34,972 nt of DNA from Vicugna vicugna (Eukaryota), in the NCBI GenBank assembly GCA_013265495.1, contig MU057395.1, positions 1-34,972 on the forward strand, read 5' to 3'. The translations under genes were made by a program, and so were the position numbers. Shown here piece after piece: positions 12,411 through 23,270 of the stretch. Within the stretch, counting starts at the first letter, position 1. Each line of letters begins with the position of its first letter. The notes under the pieces were generated by a model, which saw only the letters and a program-made list of their open reading frames with translations, was not told the DNA's origin and did not search any database.

Positions 12411-14343
12411 ATTACGAAACTGGGTATAGAGGGAACACATCTCCAACAGAATCAAAGCAATTTGTGACAAACCTACAGCCAGCAGAATACTCCACCAAGA
12501 AAAGCCGGAAGCCTGTCTGCTAAAATTGGGAACAAGACAACGATGCCCACGCTCACCACTTCTACTCAACAGAGTATTCTAAGTCCTCGTAGAGCAATTG
12601 GACAAGAACAAGAAAGAAGTGGGATCCACATTGGAAAAGAAGAGCTTAAACTCTCTATATCTGGATGACATGATATTATACATAGAAAACCCTAAAGGGC
12701 TTCACAGGAAAAAAATTGACTAGAGCTGAGGAAAGAATTTGGCAAGGTAGCAGGACACAACAACAACGCACAGAAATCAGTGGCATTTCTTGACACGAAA
12801 GTAATAATCCCTGTTAAAATGGCATCCAAAACAAGACAACACTTAGGAATACATTGGACCCAGGAAGTGAAAGACTTCTATGCAGAGACCTACAAAACCC
12901 TGGCGACGGAAATTAAAGAGGACTTCAAGAAATGGAAAGACACCCCATAATCTTGCACTGGAAGAATTAATCATGTTCCAATGGCCACACTGCCCAAAGC
13001 AAGCTACAAATTTAATGTGATCCCTATCAAATTACCCAGGACATTTTTCACAGAACTACAACAAAGCATCCTAAAATTTACATGGAATCACAGAAGTCCC
13101 GGAATGACCAAAGCATTCCTGAAGAAAAAGAATGAAGCTGGAGAAATAAGCCTCCCAGACTTCACACAATACTACAGAGCTACAATCAAAACAGCACGGT
13201 ATTGGTCCAAAAAGAGACACATGGGATCAGTGGAACAGGACACAAAGTCTGGAAATAAACTCACACACGTATGCTCAATTAATCGATGATAAAAGAGGCA
13301 AGAATATACAACGGAGGAAAGACAGTCTCTTCAATAAGTGGTGCTGGGAAAACTGGACAGCTGCCTGTAAAAGACTGAAATTAGAACATTCTCTGACAGC
13401 ACGTACAAAACTAAACTCAACATGGATGAGAGACCTCAACATAAGACCAGATACAGTAAAACTCCTAGAGGAAAACACAGGCACAACACTCGCGGGTGGA
13501 CATTACAGCCATGTATTTTTTTGAACCAGCTCATGGAGTATTGGAAATAAAAGCAAAAATAAACAAATGGGATCCCATTAAACTCACAAGCTTTTGCACA
13601 ACTAAGGATACCATCAACATAATGAAAAGACAACCTACACAATGGGAGAAAAATCTTTGCAAATGATGTGACTGACAGGAGACTAATTTCCAAAGCATAC
13701 AACCAGCACATATGCCTTAATACCAAGGAAACAAGCATCCCCATCCAAAACTGAGCACAAGACCTAAACAAGCAATTCTCCAAGGAAGACACACAGATGG
13801 CCAACAGGCACAGGAAAAAAATGCTCAGCATCGCTACTTGTCAGAGACATGCAGATCAAAACTGCAATGAGGTATCACATTACACCAGCCAGAATGACCA
13901 TCATTGAGAAGTGTGTGTGAGGGTGTGGAGAAAATGGAACCCTCTCACACTGTTGGTAGGAAAGTAGTTTGGTGTAGCCATTATCAAAAACAGTATGGAA
14001 TTTCCTCAAAAAACTAAAAGTAGACTTACCCTGTGATCCAGGAATCCCACTTCTGGATATATATTCAGAGGAAACAGCAATGTGAAAAGACACATGCATC
14101 CCAATATTCATAGCACCACTATATAGAACAGCCAAGACATGGAAGCAACCTAAATGAAACAGATGACTGGATTAAGATGTGGTATATTTATATAATGGAA
14201 TACTACTCTGCCATAAAAAGATAAAATAGTGCCATTTGCAGCAATATGGTTGGAACTACAGATCGTCATTCTCAGTGAAGTGAGCCAGAAAGAGAAAAAT
14301 ACCATATGACATCACTCATATGTGCAATCAAAAAAAAAAAAAA
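12411..14343 (+). mobile_element. L1 fragment: ORF2 RT domain to start of 3'UTR
   Basis: GGAACAAGACAACGATGCCCACGCTCACCAC (GTRQGCPLSP-like), [19 protein letters not shown] and C-terminal motifs; ends in an A13 tract at 14331-14343. Confidence 0.92.
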
Positions 14344-14344
14344 C

Positions 14345-15250
14345 CCGCTGCTGACGCTGCCCCCTGACCACACTGCGCCCTGCTCCCAGGAGCAGGCTGA
14401 CATGAAGACATGCTTCCTGTGAGCCTAGGGCAGCAGAGGCCGCCCCTAGGACAGGCCCCAGGGGATATGGGAGCAAGTCAACCCCCTCCCCGCCGCCGAG
14501 CTCTAACTGCACCGCGCCTGTCTCCCAGGAGCCAACTGACCTGGGAAAATGTGTCCCGTGAATCTGGGACACTGGCGGGGAGAGGGGTGCTGCCCCCTGG
14601 CAAACTAGTCGATTTGTCCCCATCTCCCCTTCAGCTTGGCCTGGGGGCAGTCTCTGCTGCCCCTGGCACGTCCCCAGGTGAGCCTGCGCTCGGGAGGCGG
14701 GCGCTGTGTGGTCGGTGACAGCAGAGGCAGTGGCAGGGTTTAGGGTTCTGCCCATGTCAGCCTGTGGATTTGCTTCAAACTCCCCCATGGCCTGTCCTAG
14801 GCTTGGCCTCTGCTTCCCCAAGTTCGTGGAGCTCAGGTTACAGGTCAGCCTGCTCCTGGAAGGTGGGCGCTGTGCTGTCAGGGAGTGGTAGCGGCAGCGA
14901 TGGCGGGATTGGGGCTGCCTGGTGAGAGCGCGGGGGTTTGCTACCATTTCCCGCTGTTGCTGCCGCCGCCCCAGCACACTGACCGCACCGCGCCCGCCTC
15001 CCAGGAGCGGACCGACCTGTAACCTGGGTCCTGCAAACCTGGGGCTTTATTGGCCGCCCCCAGGCCAGGCTGTGGGGGAGATGGGACCAGACCCCTCTCC
15101 CAGCTGCCGCGGCGGATATCACCGCCTCCACCTCCCAGGTGCAGGCTGGCTGCGACACATGCACCGCAGCGCACATGGAGAAGCAGAGGCCACCCCAGTC
15201 CAGGCCGTGGTGGAATAGGGAACAAATCCAGGGGCTTGCACTGGGCAGCC
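14345..15250. repeat. GC-rich degenerate ~150-170 bp repeat array with units in both orientations
   Basis: Core CACYGCGCCYGYCTCCCAGGAGC..CTGACCTG..GCAGAGGCC..CCAGG..GGGGAGATGGGA recurs on + (~14345-14490, ~14491-14570, ~14945-15110, ~15110-15250) and on - (~14575-14745, ~14750-14910). Confidence 0.8.
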
Positions 15251-15604
15251 CTCATCCCACCTCAGTAGCCACTGGGGCCACTGCCGCACCACACTCGCCT
15301 TCCGGGAGCAGGCCATGGCCTGAGGGCCAGCCGGATGGTCCCCAACACCCCCCAGCCTGTCCCCACTTCATCGCGGGATACCCCCTCACTCAGAGTGCAC
15401 CCTACCTGGAGCTTATACCCTCACCCCTTACTCTGCGGGTGGGGCGGGGAATTCTGGGCTCCACCATGGCGACTGCCACCAGTGGGAGATCAGGCCTAGT
15501 GTGCCACAGCAAAGCCAATGTCTGAGGCTACAGGGCACAGTGGTTACACATATTTAAGAAATCAAAATGATAATTAGTCCATTGGTGGCCTTATTATTGT
15601 TATT

Positions 15605-16160
15605 ATTTTTTAGAGTCATATGGCATTTTTCTTTCTTTCCCGTCCACTTCCCTTAGAGTGACAATCTTCAGGTCCATCTGTATTGCTGCAGATGGCATTA
15701 TTTTCTTCTTTTTGTATGGCTGAGTAGTGTTCCATTGTATATATATATACCACATCTTCTTATCCAGTGACCTGTTAATGGACATTTGGGTTGTTTCCAT
15801 GTCTTGTCAATGGCAAATAGTGCTTCTATGAGCACTGGGGTGCATGTGTCTTTTTGAATTTTATTTCCCTCTGGATATATGCCCAGGAGTGGGATTGCTG
15901 GATCACATGGTAGGTCTATTTTCAGTTTCTGAAGGAACCTCCATACTGTCTTCCATCATGGCTGCATCAATCTGCACTCCCACCAGCAGTGTACGAGGGT
16001 TCCCTTTTCTTAACACCCTCTCCAGCATCTATCATTTGTAGACATCTCAATGGTGGTCATTCTGGCTGGTGTAAGGTGATATCTCATTGCAGTTTTGATC
16101 TGCATGTCTCTGACAACTAGCAATGCTGAGCATTTTTTCCTGTGCCTATTGGCCATTTGT
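15605..16160 (-). mobile_element. L1 fragment: ORF2 C-terminus and following region
   Basis: [49 protein letters not shown] is the L1 ORF2 C-terminal region; reverse-complement similar to 13793-14330. Confidence 0.92.
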
Positions 16161-16161
16161 A

Positions 16162-16210
16162 GGGCGGTAGGGTGGCAGGGTGGTAGGGTGGGCCCAGGGT
16201 GGGCCCACCC
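16162..16210 (+). repeat. G-rich micro-repeat / potential G-quadruplex with 14-bp palindrome
   Basis: Seven GGG tracts in 42 bp, (YAGGGYGG)x4, ending in the perfect palindrome GGGTGGGCCCACCC (16197-16210). Confidence 0.75.
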
Positions 16211-16214
16211 CTTC

Positions 16215-17910
16215 ATTGGGGAATTGCTGGGTCATAGGCTGTGTTTTCCATAGTGGCATCCAGTTTATACTCAGATGAGCATGTGTGAGCTTCCCTTGCT
16301 CCACAGTCACCAAGCACCTGATGTCCCACTTTTCATTTTGTCTGTCTGCTGGCTTTGTGATGGATTCTGATGGAGGTTTTAATTTGCATTTCCTTGGTGG
16401 CCAAAGAGATGGGGCATCTTTTCATGCTAACTGGCTATTTGAAAGAATTTTCTAAAGTACTTATTTAAGTCATTTGCTGGTTTTTTGTTTTGTTTTGTTT
16501 TTTTGTGGTTTTTTGGTGTTTTTTTTTTTTTTTTCTGTTGGCATGTCTATCTTAGGGATTTTTACAAGTTATTTTCCATATGCAAGCTTTCAGTTGGTTA
16601 CACGTTTTGTAAATATTTTTTATTCTGTGGGTTGTGTTTCACTCTCCATCTTACTCTGTTTGGACTGCTATAACAAAAGCACCATAGACTGGGTGGCTTC
16701 GACAACAGACGGTGATCTCTCACAGTCCTAGAGGCTGGCAGTCTAAGACCAAGGGACGGGCAGAGTCCATGTCTGGTGAGGAGAGGCTGTTTCTGGGTCA
16801 TAGTCTGCTGTGTCCTCTAAGGAGCTCTGGCGTTCCTGTTATAAGGGCACTAGTCCCATTCACAAGGGATCCATCCTCGTGACCCAGTCACAAATGTTCT
16901 TAATTGTAATGTGGTCCTGTGCATTAATCTTGTTTTATGGTTAATGCTGTTTGTGTCTTGATTAAGAAAAATCCCCCTAGCCTGAGGTCATGAAGATATT
17001 TTCCCGTTATTTTGTAAGAGCTTTATTTGCCTTTCACATTCAGGTCTATAATCATCAGAGTGATTTTTGTGTGTCTGTACGGATTAGGGTGTATTTAGGT
17101 TTTTTTCCGTGTAGACAGGTGGTTGTCTCAATGCTGGTTACTAAGAAAATAATTTTTTAACCACTATTATAGAGCCACATTTGATATGTATCAAGGGTCA
17201 TATATAAAGAAGGGTCTATTTCTAGATTCCCTATTCTTTACTGTTGGTTATTTTTCTAGCTTTATGCCAAGAGCACTCTGTTTTAGTCACTATAACTATA
17301 AACATTCTCAGTACATGGTAAAGGAAGTCTGTTCATCTTATCTTTAAGAATATCTCGACTATTCCTGGGCCTTTTTAATATTATCATGTAAATTTTAGCA
17401 GAGTTTGCCACAAAAAAAGTTTGTTGTTTCTTCTTTTTCTTTTTTTTTTTAATTAAAGTGTAGTTAATGTACAATATGGTGTTAAGTCCCTGTTGGATTT
17501 TTGATTGGCATTTTATTAAGTCTATAGATCAGTTTGAATCTTTCAGTTCGTGAACATGGTATACTTCTCCATATATTTGGGTCTTTTTAAATGTCTTTAG
17601 TCTTTTCCATTGACTTTTGTCTTCTTTCTTTTCTAGGTATTTTTTAATGCTATTTTTATTTTAAAATTTAATAATCTATCTGCTGGTATATTTTGAAATT
17701 CAATTTTGATTGGTTTTTTAAAAATTCATCTCCTTGTTTAATTCTTACTAATTCTCATGTTTTCTGATGTCTTTAAGGTATAGTCATATCACTGGCAATT
17801 AGTGACAGTTTGTTTCTTCCTAACCCTTGTAGCTTTCCCCTCCCCGTCCGCCTTTCCTTTACTGCACTGGCTAGGACCTCCAGTAAACTGTTACATGGTG
17901 ATGGTGATTG
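16215..17910 (-). mobile_element. Ancient L1M fragments (interrupted by an MLT1A LTR and a short young L1 tip at ~17430-17487)
   Basis: Antisense L1 phrases: GAATTGCTGGGTCATAGG, GGTTTTAATTTGCATTTCCTTG, CTAGCCTGAGGTCATGAAGATATTTTCC, CTGTTGGATTTTTGATTGG, TTACTGCACTGGCTAGGACCTCCAGTA. Confidence 0.7.
16648..16890 (-). mobile_element. MLT1A/MLT1A0-like ERVL-MaLR LTR (partial)
   Basis: GGACTGCTATAACAAAAGCACCATAGACTGGGTGGCTT...CTCACAGTCCTAGAGGCTGG...GTCTGGTGAGG...TTATAAGGGCACTAGTCCCATTCA matches the reverse complement of the recalled MLT1A0 consensus. Confidence 0.85.
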
Positions 17911-19226
17911 CAAGTGTTTTTTTTAAAGGACTGAAAAAACCAAAATGGAACATGCAAACCCTAATCCAGAGAAAATCGAGCCAAATTCTGCATTGAGGTC
18001 TGTCTTAACTATGCAGCTCTGGGTTTGGGGTTTTCCTTCTTGGTTTTTGTTTGTTTGTTTGTTTGTTTTTTTACCATATATATTTCATTGTGTATTGCTA
18101 AAAGATAATGTTTCTTTTAAAGACTATTACATCTAAAAAATGAATAAATCCTTATAATCACATTTCCCCCAATTGTTTCATTAAAGGGGCTTAAAGGTTG
18201 GGCATTAGACGGTGTATATAGTTATACAGTTATAATGATATATTCATCTACTGTGCCTCCCTGATTCCCACACCTCAGAGAGATTGTGATTTATCCAGAA
18301 TCCCACATCAAGTTGCGGTTAGAATTAAGGGTGCATTTGGAAGTGGAAATACCTTCCTTTCCTGAATTTTAAGCCCTTTTTTGTGCTGCCACTTTAGTGT
18401 TTTTGTTCATCGCAGGTTCCATCTTGAGCATCCCGCCCCCTCCTCCAGCTGTGCCTAGGAATTCTTGAATTTGTCTTCTTTCTTTAACTGTAATTGAAGT
18501 TCTCAGTCTGATAATATCTAATCCGTGTCAAAGTCCTTGAGCCCCACCTTCCAGTTTACCTTGTCCTTTTCTAAAGTGTCCTTTGAAAGCTCTTTATCCT
18601 GAGTAATAATTCTTTTACTCTAAGAGAAAGTGGCAGCCATGAACCGCATAAGCATGAGAATTTGTCTGAAATTTTTTAAAAATTTTCAGATTGATTATTA
18701 CAAAAGTAATCACTTATTTAAAAAGTAAATAAGTAATATATTTGTTTTAAAATTTTCAACAATGTGTAACTATATGAAGTAAAAACCGACTGTACCATGG
18801 TCCTGCCCACTTCTACCTCACTCCTTCCTCAGTGGTAACAATTGTTAAGTTTGCACATCTCATTCTAAACTTAACCTTAAATAGATACACCCAATATATT
18901 ATATATACTTGTATACATACATAGTTTTTTGTTCTTTGAAGATACTCAAAAGGTTTTACTTATGCTACAGAGCTTTTACTTATGCAACAGTCAATGTATT
19001 TTACAGGAAAGGTATTCTTCCCCTTGCAGTTAGTGCTGGATAGCTGTCCTTTTCATTTTTCCTGTATGACTATGTTGTAAATCAGGAAAAACAGGTTAAG
19101 AGAGTGCCTACAAATACCAGGAAGACTTGTAGGTAGATTTCCACTTCATATAAAGGCATAAAAGGATGTAAGTAGTATGGAAACTAAACCATTTATAAAT
19201 GCCATATAGCATGCATTTTTGAAAAG

Positions 19227-19332
19227 TTTTTGTTTGTTTGTTTGTTTTTTTAGTGGAAGTACTGGGGATTGAATCCAGGAATTTGTGCATGCTAAGCATG
19301 TGCTCTACCACTGAGCTATATCCACTCCCCCC
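19227..19332 (-). mobile_element. tRNA-derived SINE, camelid Vic-1-like
   Basis: Reverse complement reads GGGGGAGTGGATATAGCTCAGTGGTAGAGCACATGCTTAGCATGCAC..CCTGGATTCAATCCCCAGTAC (Pol III A and B boxes) with a (CAAA)n tail. Confidence 0.88.
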
Positions 19333-20459
19333 TTAAAAGTCTTAAAATAGAACTTAACCTACCAAAGTACCAAAAAGGACCAAATTTACAATTAGTTTAG
19401 CAAAGTTAGCTTGTTTGAAAGTTAGCTTTTCTTGTTAAAAAAAATCATCTTCAAGAAAATTTGAGAAATACAGAAAACAGAAAAAAAAAACCTACGCATG
19501 GTCATATCATAAATGTTAATAGCCAGACTCAGGCAGATTATGGCAGTAAGTAGTCTGGATTTCTTTCTCAGAACCCTTTCCTCCAAATCCCAGGTGGGAT
19601 TTTATAAGAAGGTCTCTCTGAGGCTCAAACTTATTGCAATATAAAAACTTTATTTAATCTAATTTTTAAAAGATCCCAAATAACTAAAATGTACTAGACA
19701 AACTGAATAGAATTTCTCTCTTCTCTTTATTGCCATGAGTCCTCTCTTTCCTTCTCTTGCTCCCAACTTTCATATAAACGCACTGAATTGGAGTAAACCT
19801 TAGGGTTGGCCCGTTCGGTATTTAGGAAAACAAATTTTACCAAGTCCTTTGGCATCGCTTCTAATGAATAGAACATTTTTGTTTTGTGGCCCTGCGGCAA
19901 CATAGTACTTCAGAAGGAGAATCTCCTAGCCTAGAGGAATCCTCTGAGAGCTGGCCGAAACAATTTGAACTCAGCTTCAATGAGCATCCGCTTTTTTTTT
20001 TTCCCGCTCCTTTTGGAATGACAGTTTGAAACGTTAGAAAAAGTTCATTTCTGAATTTTATAAAATTTCTAGCAAAGAGACAACTGAAGTACCCCTCGAA
20101 ACACATTTCACCAAAAACCTTTTTAATTTTTTTTTTTTTGGGCATAACAAAATCTTTGTGAGGTAGGAAAAGCAAGAAGTTAGGAGAGAGGAAAGCCTCC
20201 CACCTAGGAAATCTCTCTTTGCGTATTTCCTAACTAGCTACGGTACTTGGCACGGTAAGTGCCTTTCTCCTCCAGCCTGGACGTGTTGCTGGCTCGCTCC
20301 TCCAAGGAAGGGAACGAGATGCTGCGGGGTTTAGTAACGGTTCACTTAAAATGGATCCGCAGCGCAAGTCTGCAGTAGCACATTCAGCTAATGAAGAACA
20401 GGCTTCTGCATCAAGTCTCTGGACGCCCCTGGTACCTTCTAGTTCTGTCGTTAGGGTTC

Positions 20460-21000
20460 ACCTGACGTTGCTATATAAAAATTAGCACACTGATCCTGTA
20501 AAGCCCGCCACCTCGCCAGCGTCGCTCCCATTCTTCCCCTGCTGCTGGGAGCGGGGGGCCTGCCCTGTGCCCGCGCCGCGCTCGCTGCAAGAAGGGGTGG
20601 CACTCCCAGCCTGTCGGTCCCCGGACTTAGTCACCGTCACACGTGTCGCAGGGCGGCGCGGTTGACGGGAGCCGCCTGTCGCCCGGAACCGGCGCGCGCC
20701 GGTGACGTCACGGCGGAGGCTGCGCCGCGCGCCCGTTATGGCGGCTCCTGGGGCTGCGGCGGAGCGGCAGGGAGCTCGTCGCCCCGGCCTCCTCCTGCCC
20801 TACAACGGGGGAGGAGACGCCATCCCGCTGCGGGAGCCGCACGAGCGAGGTAAGCGGGCGGCGGTCCCCGTCCCGCCCGTCCCCGGCGCTCCCGCCGTGG
20901 CGCCGGTGGTCGCGGCCTCCGGCGTGCGTCCAGGTGCCGCGAGGAGCAGCGCTGCCTGAGTCCTAGGGCGCTCCGGCGGCGGTGACGATGAGCACGCTTC
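20460..21000 (+). promoter_or_regulatory. CpG-island promoter of the CLCN3-like first exon
   Basis: Dense CpG/GC at 20500-21000 against an AT-rich background. Full CRE TGACGTCA at 20703-20710, E-box CACGTG at 20640-20645, TATATAAAA at 20472-20480, YY1-like ATGGCGGC overlapping the ATG. Confidence 0.8.
20738..20849 (+). CDS. CLCN3: CLCN3-like alternative first coding exon (ClC-3c-type N-terminus), diverged
   Basis: ATG in strong Kozak context (GTTATGG) gives MAAPGAAAERQGARRPGLLLPYNGGGDAIPLREPHER-G. The second half matches the recalled ClC-3c N-terminus (..YLPYDGGGD(N/S)IPLRELHKR-G). Donor AG|GTAAGC at 20850, phase 1, is compatible with the exon at 32112. Confidence 0.8.
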
Positions 21001-23134
21001 TGTATTAAGGCAATTTCATACACGTTCAAGTGGTTAGCTACAGTGCCTGCCACAGGGCTCTCGTAGGAACTTACTCGATGAAAACATAGAGGATAATTTT
21101 CACACGTCAGAAAAAATAATAGTAGTTTGTGAAAACCAGAAAAGCGCCCAGCATTCATGTAAACCGTTTGGCAGGCACTGCCAAAACTGATTACATGTTA
21201 AACTGCCTTTTTTTTTTTTCATTTTTCTTGGACTGATTATTCTAAAAATAGGCTTACAGTTCTAGAAAGATACTTGAACCGCCAGAAAAATCTCTTAGCT
21301 AGATGACTTCGTTTATGAGCCACATTAGTTTGAATTTCCTGCATGATGTTGTAAACTCATTTTATGGTTTAATCTGAACTTTAATTTATGAAGAAAATAA
21401 GGAAGTCATGATTTTCCTGAGCGTGTTTAGCCTCTTTTATTTAAAATAGGATTTGTATTCTGAGAACACTTTTTTTTAAAGCATTAAGTTCCATTAGGAT
21501 TAAAAAATGGTAACATACCTAACAAATATTTATCGGTTGCACTGTGTCTACCAGACCAGACAGTATTAGGCTCTGAACAGTGGCAACATTATTTATATAT
21601 ATCCTGTAGTATTCTGTTGCTAGTAAAAGCTTGATTTTCAGATTTTGAGAAAAAATATATGACGATCATGTTACGTATGTTGTGCTTTCTGTTAGTTACC
21701 TTCTAGTAAAATACATTTATGTATATATAAATTATTCTGGTGCATTTGGGGAAATATCTAAAAGCACAAAGAAATTAAAATTTAATGGTCTTAGCACCCA
21801 GAATTGTTGGGTTTGTTAGTTTTTCCAGTTCAAATGTGTTCCTAAGCTCTCCTTTTTCCTCTGTTCCCATGATTCCTTTTTTTGGTAAGGCTTTCTTTAA
21901 ACAGGAAGCTACGTGAATGAATGGTGACCGTTAAAATGTCACAGTATTTGTTAATCAGTAATTAAACTGTGTTTTCTCTGAGCTATTATAACATTTGTTT
22001 GTTGATTTATAATAAACCAGAAGACCTGGGCTTGGGACGTTTAAATTCCTAGTGTTAAATTTGACCATCTTGGACAGAATGTATATATGGACCCCACCTC
22101 TGCATGGGAAAGAAGTCATAGCTTATATGAGAGTAGGCATGGTTACTGGTATGGTTATTACTAAAATATAAGCTCTTTATTTCTGTTATATTTTCATAAA
22201 TAGTCCTTCAGGAATTTTGCTCAAGGTGGAAATCAGTCCCACTCTTGGCAGCCTAAGCAGATTCCTTATCCTTTGATGAGCACTTACTCAGTTAGCAGAA
22301 GCCAGTGTTATTTGAAAGTAACATTGTGTCTTTGTAGTGCAGACCAAGCTGGGAATTAGGCTCACTTGACTCTACTGTAGTATGCTCGTATCTATGGATT
22401 CGAGGTTATTTGTTATCCATAGTTTATGACCTTTTGTGGCCATGGGTCAAAACAAAGGAACTGGAGATGTGGAGACAGGCAGCTAACATAAATAAAGAAG
22501 AGGAGTCAGCTTCCCTGTGAGGACAGAATTAGAATGACTAGAAACATCTCTTGGGGCTGATCAAGAGTGAGGAGGCAGATAATCAAAGTATAAAATTGTA
22601 AAGCATAGCAGCAAAGTAAACACGACTCTTTAGTGAATCCCTGAGTGCTGGAGTTAGGGATTACCTTTGTGGAGCAAACTAAATTTGATGCCACTTGTCA
22701 CAGTGAGATGGTAAGTGATGAAGGTTCCTATTTAAGTGAGTAATAGTAACACTGGAAATGCACGGAGATTAGAATTTGTTAATATATTGCTGGTAGATCA
22801 GAAATTAAGGTGACATTTTAGAAATTATTATCTTTTGGGGTATATTTCCTGTACAGAAAGTTAAGTTCTTTCATAAAATGTCTCTTACAATTTTATCAGG
22901 GAAAATAACCTTTGGTTTATTTAGATTTTAAGTTTTATGCTCTTTCTTCCCTGTTAATGACGTTTAGGTAGCTTGGAGGTTGAATGACTCTAACAGACCC
23001 TTAGAGTGGTTTGATTTGGGGGACCTTCAGCATCATTTAAATATTTCTTGTTTCATTGGAAGTGTTTATTGAGCTCCTTGATCTGAAAGCTACTATCGGG
23101 TGCTGTGGAGAACCCATGGTGGTAGTAATAGTGA

Positions 23135-23270
23135 AATTAACAACAGCTAGTACTTAGACGCTGTTGTGAGTGCTTTATGTGTAGGAATTCATTTATGTGT
23201 AACAAGACATTAATCCTCGTCACAGATCGTGAAGTAGGAACTGTTACAGTCCCCATTTTTGAGCGTTATC
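23135..23270 (-). mobile_element. MIR fragment
   Basis: GTGAGTGCTTTATGTGTAGGAATTCATTTA...AATCCTCGTCACAGATCGTGAAGTAGG..CCCCATTTT resembles antisense MIR. Confidence 0.6.

Noticed and set aside
11034..14343. Active reverse transcriptase or intact L1
   Set aside because: Fragmented, frameshifted, with no ORF1 or endonuclease domain.
14312..15525. Many overlapping 60-220 aa ORFs on both strands
   Set aside because: Expected from stop-poor GC-rich repeat; no recognisable protein family.
19255..19332. tRNA gene (also at 31340-31418 and 33328-33405)
   Set aside because: A/B boxes are present, but the A-rich tails and divergent copies identify SINEs.
20850..21158. ORF continuation past 20849 and the antisense 140-aa ORF
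   Set aside because: CLCN3 homology ends at the GTAAGC donor; the rest is CpG-island low-complexity sequence.
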